Of a stretch of DNA of 64,000 nt, positions 19,769 through 29,616 are shown piece by piece. The stretch spans positions 119,989 to 183,988 of the forward strand of contig JAIUMU010000003.1 in assembly GCA_022565355.1 (NCBI GenBank). The letters run 5' to 3'. This stretch comes from Idiomarina sp. GTDB taxonomy: Bacteria > Pseudomonadota > Gammaproteobacteria > Enterobacterales > Alteromonadaceae. A program made the position numbers and the translations under genes. Below the pieces are notes generated by a model. That model ran no database searches. It was not told where the DNA came from and saw only the letters and a program-made list of their open reading frames with translations. Positions within the stretch are counted from its first letter, which is position 1; the number at the start of each line of letters is the position of its first letter.

Positions 19769-21096
19769 TGGAAAGTTTAGCGTTGATGCCGAAATATGAG
19801 GCTTATAAAGATTCTGGTATTGACTGGATAGAACAAATTCCGGAGGGTTGGGGGGTCGCAAGAATTAAAAACTACGCTGATGTCTTTAGTGGTGATAGTT
19901 TAAATGATAAACAAAAATCTCAGTATGAATCCGAAGATTTACGTCATCGCCCGTATATTTCTTCAAAGGATATAGATTTAAATTATTCCAAAATTAACTA
20001 TCTGAATGGGCTACGCATTCCTAAAGGGAGTAGCCATAAAGTTTGTCCATCGAACTCAACTTTAATGTGTATTGAGGGGGGGAGCGCGGGTAAGAAGATT
20101 GCATATACCAATCGAGATGTTTGCTTTGTTAATAAGCTGGCTTGCTTTGCTGCAAATAAAGGCATTGATAGTCATTTCCTTTATTACTATCTATGTAGTG
20201 TTACCTTTAAGAATCAGTTTTTTAACGCAATGACAGGTTTGATTGGTGGGGTTTCAATCTCATCAATTAAGAATTTTTGTCTTTTATTGCCTTCGACAAT
20301 TGAACAAGCAACGATTGTTAGCTTTCTCAATAAAAAAATATCCCAAATAGATGAAAGTATTGTGGCTAAAGAGCTGCAAATTAGCCTGCTAAAAGAGCGT
20401 AAGCAAATCATTATCCGTCAAGCCGTGACGCAAGGGCTTAATTCCAATGTGCCAATGAGAGACTCTGGTGTGGATTGGATAGGTCAAATTCCTGAGCGTT
20501 GGGAGATCATTCGGTTTAAAAATTTGTTTTCACAAAGCAGGCTGCCTGTTCGGAAAGAAGATGAAGTAGTCACTTCGTATCGAGATGGACAGGTCACTCT
20601 TCGTTCTAATCGGCGATTGGAAGGTTACACAGAGGCCATTATTGAGGGGGGCTATCAGGGGATTCGAAAGGGGCAGCTCGTTCTAAACTCTATGGATGCA
20701 TTTGAAGGCGCTATAGGAGTATCTGAATCTGATGGTAAGTGTACACCAGAATACGTAATTTGTGACCCAATTCGAACAGGAATATCTCAACATTATTTTG
20801 CATATTTGCTTCGTGAAATGGCATTGGCGAAGTACATCCAAGTTATCTGCAATGCAGTTAGGCAGCGTGCTGTCAGGATTCGATTTAATAATCTGGCTTC
20901 TAGGCTTATGGTACTTCCTCCAGAGGCTGAGCAGGAACAAATTGTCGAATTTATAGAGGCTGAAAAGAGTAAAATTGATAAAGGAATTGAATCTCTTCAA
21001 TTTCAAATTGAAAAACTCAAAGAATACAAAACCACCCTGATCAACAGCGCCGTGACAGGAAAAATAAAGATCACCCCAGAAATGGTTGAGCAATAG
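19768..21096 (+). CDS. hsdS: type I restriction-modification specificity subunit S (two TRDs)
   Basis: 442 aa. Two TRD-like halves are separated by conserved helical repeats (LLKERKQ..., EKLKEYKTTLINSAVTGKI). TAATG overlap with the hsdM stop. Confidence 0.9.
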   Translation: MESLALMPKYEAYKDSGIDWIEQIPEGWGVARIKNYADVFSGDSLNDKQKSQYESEDLRHRPYISSKDIDLNYSKINYLNGLRIPKGSSHKVCPSNSTLMCIEGGSAGKKIAYTNRDVCFVNKLACFAANKGIDSHFLYYYLCSVTFKNQFFNAMTGLIGGVSISSIKNFCLLLPSTIEQATIVSFLNKKISQIDESIVAKELQISLLKERKQIIIRQAVTQGLNSNVPMRDSGVDWIGQIPERWEIIRFKNLFSQSRLPVRKEDEVVTSYRDGQVTLRSNRRLEGYTEAIIEGGYQGIRKGQLVLNSMDAFEGAIGVSESDGKCTPEYVICDPIRTGISQHYFAYLLREMALAKYIQVICNAVRQRAVRIRFNNLASRLMVLPPEAEQEQIVEFIEAEKSKIDKGIESLQFQIEKLKEYKTTLINSAVTGKIKITPEMVEQ

Positions 21097-21105
21097 GATA
21101 CGAAT

Positions 21106-21324
21106 ATGTTCACGGTAAATCATCAAACCAACAGAATCAGCCCAGTTACGACGAAAAAATTCAGTGAGTTGGATTTTTCCGAGCGCAAGCATCTTCAGGA
21201 ATGGTTAGCACACGAACCTTCCGCACTCGGTGAAGAGTTGTTGATTATTCAGAAGGAGTTCGATGGCTTTGATGACACCCGTGAGCAATTCCGTTTAACG
21301 ACTTTCTCTGAGGAGCATCTATGA
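21106..21324 (+). pseudogene. N-terminal stub of a NucS/DUF91-like PD-(D/E)xK protein
   Basis: 72 aa. FSERKHLQEWLAHEPSALGEELLIIQKEFDGFDDT matches the usual N-terminal region of such proteins. It ends before the expected (R)xDLL...ExK nuclease core. Confidence 0.4.
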
Positions 21325-22022
21325 CTATTTACAAAATATTTTGTGATGAAAGCTGTCACCTTGAACATGATAGCGCAAACATCATGGTACTTGGTGCAAT
21401 TCACTGCACTGCCGAGAAAGCTATTGCTATTACAAAGCACATGAAGTGGTTGCGCCACCAACACAATTACACCCCCGAATTGAAGTGGAACAAGCTTAAT
21501 AAACAACAATGGCCGTTGTATCGAGATTTGATTGATATGATTACGTCAGACACCGATGTGCGCTTTAAAGCAACTGTCGTACTGAACAAAAGTATTCTCG
21601 ATCACCACCAATACAATGCTGGGTCTCACAGCGACTTTTACTACAAGATGTTTTATTACACCCTCCGCGACTTTTTGAAAGAAGGTAATGAGTATCGCAT
21701 CTACCTCGATTACATGGATACGTTAGGTGCCGAGAAAACACGAAAACTTTGTGAAGTACTGCAGAATGGTACACGGTGGCAATTAAAAGCGGTTGCCAAT
21801 GTCGTTCAGTCTTACGAAGTGCAATTAATTCAGCTGTGCGACCTATTGATAGGAGCCGTAGCGTACCGAAACCGCGACGACATTGAGCATAAAAGTGCCA
21901 TCAAAATGCAGTTTGTGGATTATTTAGAGTCAAAATTAGGTTACACATTGAATAACGGCACCCCACCTTGGGAGGAGCAATTTAATATTTTTCGCTTCCA
22001 ACCACGGAGGCATTATGCTTAG
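21321..22022 (+). CDS. DUF3800-like protein
   Basis: 233 aa. N-terminal IFCDESCH acidic motif and C-terminal LIQLCDLLIGAVAY motif, as in DUF3800. ATGA overlap with the upstream stub. Confidence 0.65.
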   Translation: MTIYKIFCDESCHLEHDSANIMVLGAIHCTAEKAIAITKHMKWLRHQHNYTPELKWNKLNKQQWPLYRDLIDMITSDTDVRFKATVVLNKSILDHHQYNAGSHSDFYYKMFYYTLRDFLKEGNEYRIYLDYMDTLGAEKTRKLCEVLQNGTRWQLKAVANVVQSYEVQLIQLCDLLIGAVAYRNRDDIEHKSAIKMQFVDYLESKLGYTLNNGTPPWEEQFNIFRFQPRRHYA

Positions 22023-22557
22023 TGAACCAATTGATTTAAGTAAGATCGATGCGACAAAAATTATTGACGTGCTCTACGGCTTCTTTCATCGCGATTTTGT
22101 TGCTGAGCGAACCTATTTAGCAAATAACATTTATATTAATCCGCGAAGCCATCGAAAAGACGAAGGAAAAGAGCTGGATTTCTGGCATTTAACCACGCGT
22201 GAAGATAAGGAACAGGTTTGGGAGAATGGCCAGCGAGTGACGAGATCAAATGGTCGCTACCCTGATTATGATCGAGGAAGTCGAATCGAATGGGTCAAGT
22301 TGATTCTTACGAACCATGCTCATGAGTCAATTAAGTTGTTTTATCACCGAGAAACTAATCGTAAACGTAGTATTCGTTTGTACTTGTGGGCATCTGATGA
22401 AGACTTTGTGGTGATACTACAAAAGTTGGGACGCGCGGATTCGTTCTTGGTTACGAGTTTCTTCGTTGACCACGATGGAAAGCGAAAAGACTTTGAGGAG
22501 AGGTTCCAGAATTACCTAGGCGGAGATCCCGACTTACAAGACTGTGAGTGGTTTTAA
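22015..22557 (+). CDS. hypothetical protein, translationally coupled to the DUF3800-like gene
   Basis: 180 aa with an 8-nt overlap with the preceding gene. I recognise no family. Basic, with an FWHLTTRED...RIEWVKLIL...IRLYLWA core. Confidence 0.6.
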   Translation: MLSEPIDLSKIDATKIIDVLYGFFHRDFVAERTYLANNIYINPRSHRKDEGKELDFWHLTTREDKEQVWENGQRVTRSNGRYPDYDRGSRIEWVKLILTNHAHESIKLFYHRETNRKRSIRLYLWASDEDFVVILQKLGRADSFLVTSFFVDHDGKRKDFEERFQNYLGGDPDLQDCEWF

Positions 22558-22875
22558 GATAGTGTAATAGAAAGGCAAAAGGAATGGTCGCCTATTGTAG
22601 ACCGGGCGATACGGTCACCTCTTTCTACTTAATAGTAGGTGAGCGCGTGAATTATGGCCTAAATCAGAGTAAGTTGTCAATGTTTATTGCCGCAGCGTTT
22701 CTTTGACCGGTGCTTGACTGAGCAAACTTTTATTTTATACAAAACTTTATAAATCAATATCTTGGTGCCGCGCATTTGTTTGACTGTAAGACACTGGTGC
22801 TGTAGATCACTAAGTAATCAAGCACGACGAGCGAGCGGTGATGTTTGGCTTTTGGAAATCAATTAGAGGGATATT

Positions 22876-25800
22876 ATGGTTAGTAAAACGAACGAACAAG
22901 CGCTAGAGGCGGCAATCGAGAAAAGTCTGACCGGTACTTGTTTAGAGGAACTGAGTGCGGGTGTGCAATTTGCTGAGCCTGACTATATCGGTGCGTTTTA
23001 CAAAATTGGCCAAGCCTCTGACTTTAACAGCCAATATGCTCTCGATGAGCGTTACTTTTGGGCGTTTCTCGAAAAAACACAAGAGCCCGAGCTCGAAAAA
23101 CTTAAGCGCAACAACCCGACAGACTGGCAACGAAAACTGCTTGAACGGTACGACCGCCTAATCAAAAAGCATGGTGTTCTGCACCTGCTCAAAAAAGGTT
23201 TAAGTGTTGATGATGCGCATTTTAATCTGCTTTACCCAGCGCCGTTAGCCAGCAGCAGTGAGAAGGTGAAGCAGAACTTTTACGAGAACATTTTCAGTTG
23301 TACGCGTCAGGTTCGGTATTCTCACGCAAACCCGCTACAAGAGATTGACATGGTGCTGTTCATTAACGGCATCCCGCTGGTTACGTTAGAACTTAAAAAT
23401 GCTTGGACCGGACAAACAGCGCGATACCATGGTCAAAAGCAGTATCGCGACGACCGTGATACAACTCAGCCACTTTTGAACTTTGGTCGCTGTTTGGTTC
23501 ACATGGCTGTGGACACCGATGAAGTTTACATGACGACCAAGTTAGCAGGGAAAAGTACTTACTTCTTACCCTTCAATAAGGGTCATAACCTCGGTCAAGG
23601 TAACCCTCCTAATCCTAAGGGGCATAAGACCGCTTATTTGTGGGAGGAAGTGTTCAGCAAAAAAAGCCTCGCGAATATCATTCAGCATTTTGTGCGTCTT
23701 GACGGTTCCATTAAAGATCCGCTAGCAAAGCGAACGTTATTCTTCCCACGCTATCACCAACTGGACGTTGTAAGAAAGTTGGTTGCTCATGCTGCTACGC
23801 ATGGAGTTGGCCAAACTTATTTGATTCAGCACTCTGCTGGTTCGGGTAAATCCAACTCCATTACGTGGGCAGCATACCAACTCATAGAAACCTACCCTGC
23901 CTCTACAGAAGTAGCTGGTGGTAAAGGTCTCGACGAGCCTCTGTTTGATTCAGTAATTGTAGTGACCGACCGCCGCTTGCTTGATAAACAACTTCGCGAC
24001 AATATTCGCGAATTCTCTGAAGTTAAGAACATTATTGCGCCAGCTTTTAAATCATCGGAGCTAAAGAAAGCGCTAGAGAACGGCAAAAAAATAATCATAA
24101 CGACGATTCAAAAATTTCCGTTCATTATCGACGGCATTTCAGATCTCAGTGATAAGCGTTTTGCTGTCATCATTGATGAGGCCCATAGTTCTCAATCAGG
24201 CTCTGCTCACGACAATATGAACCGGGCTATTGGTAAAGCGGACGTAGAGGAAGCTGAAGACGCGCAGGATAAAATTCTGCAAGCAATGAAATCCCGTAAA
24301 ATGCGCGGAAATGCATCGTACCTAGCATTTACAGCAACACCTAAGAACACTACTTTGGAAAAGTTTGGCCAACGCCAAGAAGATGGTTCATTTAAGCCTT
24401 TCCATCTCTATTCAATGAAGCAGGCTATCGAGGAAGGGTTTATTCTCGATGTACTGAGCAATTACACAACCTATAAGAGCTATTACGAGATTGAGAAATC
24501 GATTGCTGAGAACCCTGAGTTCGATACCAAAAAGGCACAAAAGAAGCTAAGAGCCTATGTCGAGCGGAGCCAGCAAACGATCGATACCAAATCCCAAATT
24601 ATGCTCGAGCACTTTATCCCTCAAGTCGTAAATGCAAAAAAATTACGGGGTAAAGGCAAAGGCATGGTAGTGACGCAGAATATTGAGACTGCTATTCGTT
24701 ACTACCGGGCGATTAAGCACATTCTCGAAGAGCAAGGTAATCCGTTTAAAGTGCTTGTTGCCTTTTCCGGCACAAAAGAAGTAGACGGCATTGAATACAC
24801 AGAAGCTGATGTCAACGGCTTTGCAGAAACCGACACCAAAGACAAATTTGATACCGACGAATACCGGTTGCTTGTTGTCGCCAACAAGTACCTGACTGGT
24901 TTTGACCAACCAAAGCTGTGCGCGATGTACGTTGATAAAAAGCTCGCTGGTGTACTCTGCGTTCAGGCACTATCACGGCTTAACCGCAGTGCGCCAAAAC
25001 TGGGTAAAAAGACAGAGGATTTGTTTGTTCTCGACTTCTTTAATTCGGTTGATGACATTCAAGCAGCATTCGAGCCGTTCTATACTGCCACGTCATTAAC
25101 TCAAGCCACAGACATTAACGTACTTCATGAGCTTAAAGACAGCATGGACGATTCAGGTGTCTACGAATGGTATGAAGTTGAGGATTTTGTTACCCGTTAT
25201 TTTAATGAAGAAGACGCGCAAAGTTTAAGTCCGATTATCGACATTGCCGCTGCTCGCTTCAATCAAGAGTTGGAACTTGAGCACGAAGACAAGGTTGATT
25301 TCAAAATCAAAGCCAAGCAGTTCGTAAAAATATACGGTCAGATGGCTTCAATAATGCACTACGAAATAGTGGCTTGGGAGAAGCTGTTCTGGTTCTTAAA
25401 ATTCTTAATTCCGAAACTAAAAGTTCTAGATCCTGACGCTGATGCAATTGATGAGTTGCTCGAATCGGTAGATTTGAGCTCATATGGGCTACAACGAGTG
25501 AAGCTAAATAGTTCTATTAAGCTGAGCGATGATGAAACTGAGGTAGACCCACAAAATCCTAATCCACGCGGTGCGCACGGATCCGAAAAGGAGACGGACC
25601 AGCTAGACGAGATCATCCGCACATTCAATGACCGTTGGTTCCAAGGCTGGAGTGCAACGCCGGAAGAACAGCGCGTAAAATTTGTGAATATCGCGGAAAG
25701 TATTCGTCAACACCGGGATTTTGAGTCCAAGTACGCGAACAACCCTGACCCACACAATCGCGACTTGGCATTCCAAAAAATACTGAAAGAAATCATGCTA

Positions 25801-25902
25801 CAACGGCGCATGGACGAATTAGAGCTATATAAGCTGTTTGCAAATGACTCTGCGTTTAAAGCGTCGTGGACGCAGAGTATGCAGCGGATGGTTGAGGGTT
25901 GA
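22876..25902 (+). CDS. hsdR: type I restriction endonuclease subunit R
   Basis: 1008 aa. N-terminal PD-(D/E)xK motif (IDMVLFINGIPLVTLELKN), helicase motif I (SAGSGKS) and motif II (IIDEAHSSQ). Confidence 0.95.
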   Translation: MVSKTNEQALEAAIEKSLTGTCLEELSAGVQFAEPDYIGAFYKIGQASDFNSQYALDERYFWAFLEKTQEPELEKLKRNNPTDWQRKLLERYDRLIKKHGVLHLLKKGLSVDDAHFNLLYPAPLASSSEKVKQNFYENIFSCTRQVRYSHANPLQEIDMVLFINGIPLVTLELKNAWTGQTARYHGQKQYRDDRDTTQPLLNFGRCLVHMAVDTDEVYMTTKLAGKSTYFLPFNKGHNLGQGNPPNPKGHKTAYLWEEVFSKKSLANIIQHFVRLDGSIKDPLAKRTLFFPRYHQLDVVRKLVAHAATHGVGQTYLIQHSAGSGKSNSITWAAYQLIETYPASTEVAGGKGLDEPLFDSVIVVTDRRLLDKQLRDNIREFSEVKNIIAPAFKSSELKKALENGKKIIITTIQKFPFIIDGISDLSDKRFAVIIDEAHSSQSGSAHDNMNRAIGKADVEEAEDAQDKILQAMKSRKMRGNASYLAFTATPKNTTLEKFGQRQEDGSFKPFHLYSMKQAIEEGFILDVLSNYTTYKSYYEIEKSIAENPEFDTKKAQKKLRAYVERSQQTIDTKSQIMLEHFIPQVVNAKKLRGKGKGMVVTQNIETAIRYYRAIKHILEEQGNPFKVLVAFSGTKEVDGIEYTEADVNGFAETDTKDKFDTDEYRLLVVANKYLTGFDQPKLCAMYVDKKLAGVLCVQALSRLNRSAPKLGKKTEDLFVLDFFNSVDDIQAAFEPFYTATSLTQATDINVLHELKDSMDDSGVYEWYEVEDFVTRYFNEEDAQSLSPIIDIAAARFNQELELEHEDKVDFKIKAKQFVKIYGQMASIMHYEIVAWEKLFWFLKFLIPKLKVLDPDADAIDELLESVDLSSYGLQRVKLNSSIKLSDDETEVDPQNPNPRGAHGSEKETDQLDEIIRTFNDRWFQGWSATPEEQRVKFVNIAESIRQHRDFESKYANNPDPHNRDLAFQKILKEIMLQRRMDELELYKLFANDSAFKASWTQSMQRMVEG

Positions 25903-25915
25903 GCTGTTGGCTACC

Positions 25916-26599
25916 ATGAGTTTCGAGCTGAAATCACCTAATGATTTCCTTCAATTGCCGAGTGAGTCATTGAAAAAGCAAGATGATGAATTGAGAGCGA
26001 TTCAACGGCTGATGCGATTTGACCTAGGCTTGAGTTATCCGGTAACAATTATGAAGCGCGAACGCCCTGACTTCCAAATTACAGAATCTACCTTCCAGAA
26101 AAGCATGGGCATCGAGCATACATTAGTCACTAACGAAGGCTGGGAGCAGGCTTGTAGTGAGCTAAGCAAAAAGAAGAACTCCCAGTTAAGGTTAGTTTCT
26201 CGCAATTGGTTGCAAGACCATAACAAGAAGGGCCCTGAACTAGGTGAAGATATTGTTTCCAAACAGAAACACTCTCGTGTTTGGTGTGCTGGTGAAAGTG
26301 AAAATACTAAAGCTTGTGAAATCGTTCGGGCTATTCAAAGAAAAGCAGATAAGCTCAGCAGCGGAAGTTACACAACTTACGATCAAAACTGGCTTCTACT
26401 TGTCGATTCATGGCCGTTTTTCTCAATTAGAACATCTGCGTTTGAAGACACATTGCTCAAGGATGAAGTTTGGGCTAACTCGCAATTCGACCGAGTTCTT
26501 TTTCTATGCAAAATGAAAACTGATGCTATCAACTTGTTTGAAGATAGTGTTGTAGAGCTTTCTAAGTCAGGCATAACTCAACTAAATACGAGCACTTAA
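25916..26599 (+). CDS. hypothetical protein
   Basis: 227 aa from ATG 25916 (MSFELKS...). The track start at 25838 overlaps the hsdR 3' end. RERPDFQI...GIEHT hints at a restriction-endonuclease-like fold, but this is unverified. Confidence 0.55.
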   Translation: MSFELKSPNDFLQLPSESLKKQDDELRAIQRLMRFDLGLSYPVTIMKRERPDFQITESTFQKSMGIEHTLVTNEGWEQACSELSKKKNSQLRLVSRNWLQDHNKKGPELGEDIVSKQKHSRVWCAGESENTKACEIVRAIQRKADKLSSGSYTTYDQNWLLLVDSWPFFSIRTSAFEDTLLKDEVWANSQFDRVLFLCKMKTDAINLFEDSVVELSKSGITQLNTST

Positions 26600-26617
26600 A
26601 CCCCAGGAGTAACCGGT

Positions 26618-27523
26618 TTGCCAAAATGTAAGATTCATGTCTATGCAGAAAATGATTTCAAAAATTATGAGGATGAAATCGACAGCGAGCGACTTACGAA
26701 ATTAGCTAACGGAAAAATAAACCTCATTCGGTTTCTCGAGCTCTTTGAAATATACGAGCAGTTACTTGATGCTCACATAGAAGCAAAGAGCGTTTTTTAC
26801 AAGCTGAACATCAAATCAAGGCTAAAGGCCGAGGATACTGCGCAATATTTTCATACGACGAGAAATGAGCTGAACAGACGCCTATTTAATACGCTTAACC
26901 TTGGCAAGCTCTATCTCGACAAGCATTTTTTCAAGAACAAATCTTTTGTATTTAAAGTTACACAAAGCGCAGAAAAGCATCAAAAGGTTCAAGAGCATCG
27001 TCAAGGTTGATTTCAGCGCAGTATGCATTACATGATTGGATGCGAACTTCGCCGCTTTAGCCAGCATGTTTCCATCATGACACGCATCATCTCAAGAGGA
27101 ATAAAATTTGACCAGGACTCAGGCGGCCTTACTTCGACTTTAAATGCGTCGATATTAAGAGAAGAGCTGTGTGAAGGAGTAGATCTTTCCAAAGAGAAAC
27201 TAGAAAGAACACCTGAAAGAATAAATCTTCACGAAACTTTAGACGGTTACATTGATGCTATATCTGCGATGCACTTTGTTAATCTAGAACTTACCGAGGA
27301 TACATTTGCGAATCTAATTGAACTATTAGATGGCTTTGCTCAGTCAGCATGCCAAAATTTGAACTTAAGCAGCGCTGAGGGATATGCGCTAGAAGTAAAT
27401 TCAGAGGACCGACGCAATTCAGCCGGACAACTCACCTTTGAAATCAGGGATTACAGGGAAATAAATTATTTCAGAAATGCTCGGCAGCAAAGAACCGAGT
27501 TACTATTGAAGTATCAAGTGTAG
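26618..27523 (+). pseudogene. HEPN-like (Rx4H) gene interrupted by one in-frame TGA
   Basis: ORFs 26618..27010 and 27023..27523 are in the same frame, separated only by TGA at 27008-27010. A candidate HEPN motif ELRRFSQH lies just after the stop. Confidence 0.45.
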
Positions 27524-27872
27524 ATTTACACGGAAAACTGGATCACGATTCGCATTAAAAATTGATTCACTTTTTTGCAAGTTCCCCCTGAAAAATAATA
27601 GCTGATTACTTGCTTAACCATCGTCAGATCTACTGATTATAGGGGGAGGCTTTCGGCGCAAATTAGCAGCGGCACACTCTAAAGTGAATAGAAACTCCCT
27701 AGATTAAGAAGTTCTTCCACTCATTTGATAGCACTCGCGAGCCCTAATGCACTGCCAGCTCTCTAAGTAAAAAAGCTTTTAGTATATTTAATGATTTTAA
27801 GGTTCTAAATCTAAGAACCGTAAACTATTGCCTGTGAAGAATCTATCAAAAGCCTGCTGCTCAATTCAACTA

Positions 27873-28076
27873 CTAATTATCAACGACCTTCAATAGCTCC
27901 CCTACATCACACTCTAAGAAACGACAAAGCGTTTCCAGCGTCTCGAAATCTATCCGAGAAGTAGTCTCATGATACAGGCGTGTCAAGGTGCTCCGGTTTA
28001 TTCCGGTTTCTCGCACCACATCTGAAATTTTAAGCTTCCTAGCCCCAAGTAGCTCTGCAAAGTTGCATTTTATCAT
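27873..28076 (-). CDS. small Cro/CI-type HTH transcriptional regulator
   Basis: 67 aa with an HTH (ISDVVRETGINRSTLTRLYH). Divergent from the xis/int operon. Confidence 0.8.
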   Translation of the reverse strand: MIKCNFAELLGARKLKISDVVRETGINRSTLTRLYHETTSRIDFETLETLCRFLECDVGELLKVVDN

Positions 28077-28117
28077 TTTAGCGACCTATTTTAACTCTTT
28101 AGAGAAACAAAAATAAT

Positions 28118-28146
28118 TTGACAAGTGCTTATTAGGCGTCTAATGT
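28118..28146 (+). promoter_or_regulatory. candidate sigma70 promoter of the xis-int operon
   Basis: TTGACA (28118-28123), 17-nt spacer, TAATGT (28141-28146). It lies about 50 nt upstream of ATG 28194, which has an AGGAG RBS. Confidence 0.45.
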
Positions 28147-28193
28147 ATCTCCAGAGCATCATTTTGGCTCTTTAACGTACCTAGGAGATTAGC

Positions 28194-28427
28194 ATGGAAA
28201 ACACTTACCTGACTACTGAGGAATTATCCAAGCGCATCAAATATGATGCTCGCACCATTCGCGAACGCCTTAAAGATTCGGTTCTACTAGAGGGTATTCA
28301 CTATATACGGCCGTTTGGAGGAAGAAAAATCCTCTATGTTTGGGAGGCTATCCAAAAAGATATAGGAAAAGCTTCAACGTCGTCGTATTCAATTCCAATG
28401 GCACGCGGAGGTTTAGCTCATGGGTAG
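28194..28427 (+). CDS. excisionase/AlpA-like DNA-binding protein
   Basis: 77 aa with an HTH-like TTEELSKRIKYDARTIRERL. Overlaps the integrase start by 8 nt. Confidence 0.6.
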   Translation: MENTYLTTEELSKRIKYDARTIRERLKDSVLLEGIHYIRPFGGRKILYVWEAIQKDIGKASTSSYSIPMARGGLAHG

Positions 28428-29616
28428 AATTTACACTCGAAAAGAAACGAATAAATTAGTTATCGACTTTTCGTTCAAAAATAAGCGCTGCCGAGAGCAA
28501 ACAGCGCTTACCGACACAAAAGCTAACCGAAAAAAAGTTGAGCGTTTCTTGGAAACTATTGAGGCTGAAATCACGCTTGGTACATTCGACTATGCCAAGC
28601 ACTTTCCAAATAGTCCTCGTGTTGAGCAATTCAGGGCAATGCAAGCACACTCAAGGTTTGTGGATACACCGCTCTTCGCGAATTTCGCTCAGCAATGGTT
28701 TAGCGAAATGTTGATTCAGTGGCGAACTTCACATTCAGACACAGTACAAAACTCGATGACCAAATACTTAATTCCCACATTTGGGGGCAAAGAAGTTGGC
28801 CGCATCACCAAAGCGGATATTTTGGAGTTCCGGACCTCTCTCGCCAAAGTTAGAACCCGGAGCAACCAATCATTATCACCGTCGCGGATAAACCACATCA
28901 TGACGCCATTGCGCATGATTTTGAATGAAGCAGCCAACCGCTTTAATTTTAGCTCACCTTACCAGGGAATTAAATCACTTAAAGTTCCACGTACTGATGT
29001 TGAGCCATTTGGCCTTGATGAAGTGCAGCTTATTATCAACTCGGTACGGCCTGACTTTCGCAACTACTATACCGTGCGTTTTTTTACTGGCATGCGAACC
29101 GGCGAGATTGATGGCCTGCAGTGGGATGCTGTCGACTTCAATCGTCGACAAATTATGGTCAAGAGAACGATTGTTAATGGCGAAGTCCAGTACACTAAAA
29201 ATGATGGCTCTTTTCGGGCGATTGAAATGAGTCAGCTCGTATTTGATGCCCTTAAGCGTCAATACGATGCCACCGGTAATCAGTCCTATGTGTTCTGCAC
29301 GCGAACCGGCACGCCACTTTCCCATAACAACGTGACGAAGCGCGTCTGGTATCCCCTACTCCGTCATTTGGGTATTCCAAAACGCCGTCCCTACCAAACG
29401 CGTCATACGGCAGCCACGTTGTGGCTCGCTGCAGGGGAAAGCCCTGAGTGGATAGCTCGTCAGATGGGGCACACGACGACTGAAATGCTGTTTCGCGTCT
29501 ATTCACGCTATGTGCCGAATCTAACACGCCAGGACGGCTCTGCCTTTGAGCGACTTCTAAAGGAGAACTTTGATTGCGCTCACCACCAGAAAAAGGAGCG
29601 GACTGATGATGCTTAA
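28420..29616 (+). CDS. tyrosine site-specific integrase
   Basis: 398 aa with an arm-binding-like N-terminus. Catalytic residues: TGMRTGE (Arg), RHTAATLW (HxxR), GHTTTEMLFRVYSRY (His...Tyr). Confidence 0.9.
   Translation: MGRIYTRKETNKLVIDFSFKNKRCREQTALTDTKANRKKVERFLETIEAEITLGTFDYAKHFPNSPRVEQFRAMQAHSRFVDTPLFANFAQQWFSEMLIQWRTSHSDTVQNSMTKYLIPTFGGKEVGRITKADILEFRTSLAKVRTRSNQSLSPSRINHIMTPLRMILNEAANRFNFSSPYQGIKSLKVPRTDVEPFGLDEVQLIINSVRPDFRNYYTVRFFTGMRTGEIDGLQWDAVDFNRRQIMVKRTIVNGEVQYTKNDGSFRAIEMSQLVFDALKRQYDATGNQSYVFCTRTGTPLSHNNVTKRVWYPLLRHLGIPKRRPYQTRHTAATLWLAAGESPEWIARQMGHTTTEMLFRVYSRYVPNLTRQDGSAFERLLKENFDCAHHQKKERTDDA

Noticed and set aside
20683-21192. 169-aa minus-strand ORF
   Set aside because: It is antisense to the hsdS 3' half and the stub ORF. 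The AT-rich region generates it by chance, and no motifs are present.
25838-25915. Upstream extension of the ORF after hsdR (track start at 25838)
   Set aside because: The extension overlaps the last 65 nt of hsdR in another frame and is Arg-rich nonsense. ATG 25916 after the hsdR stop is the sensible start.
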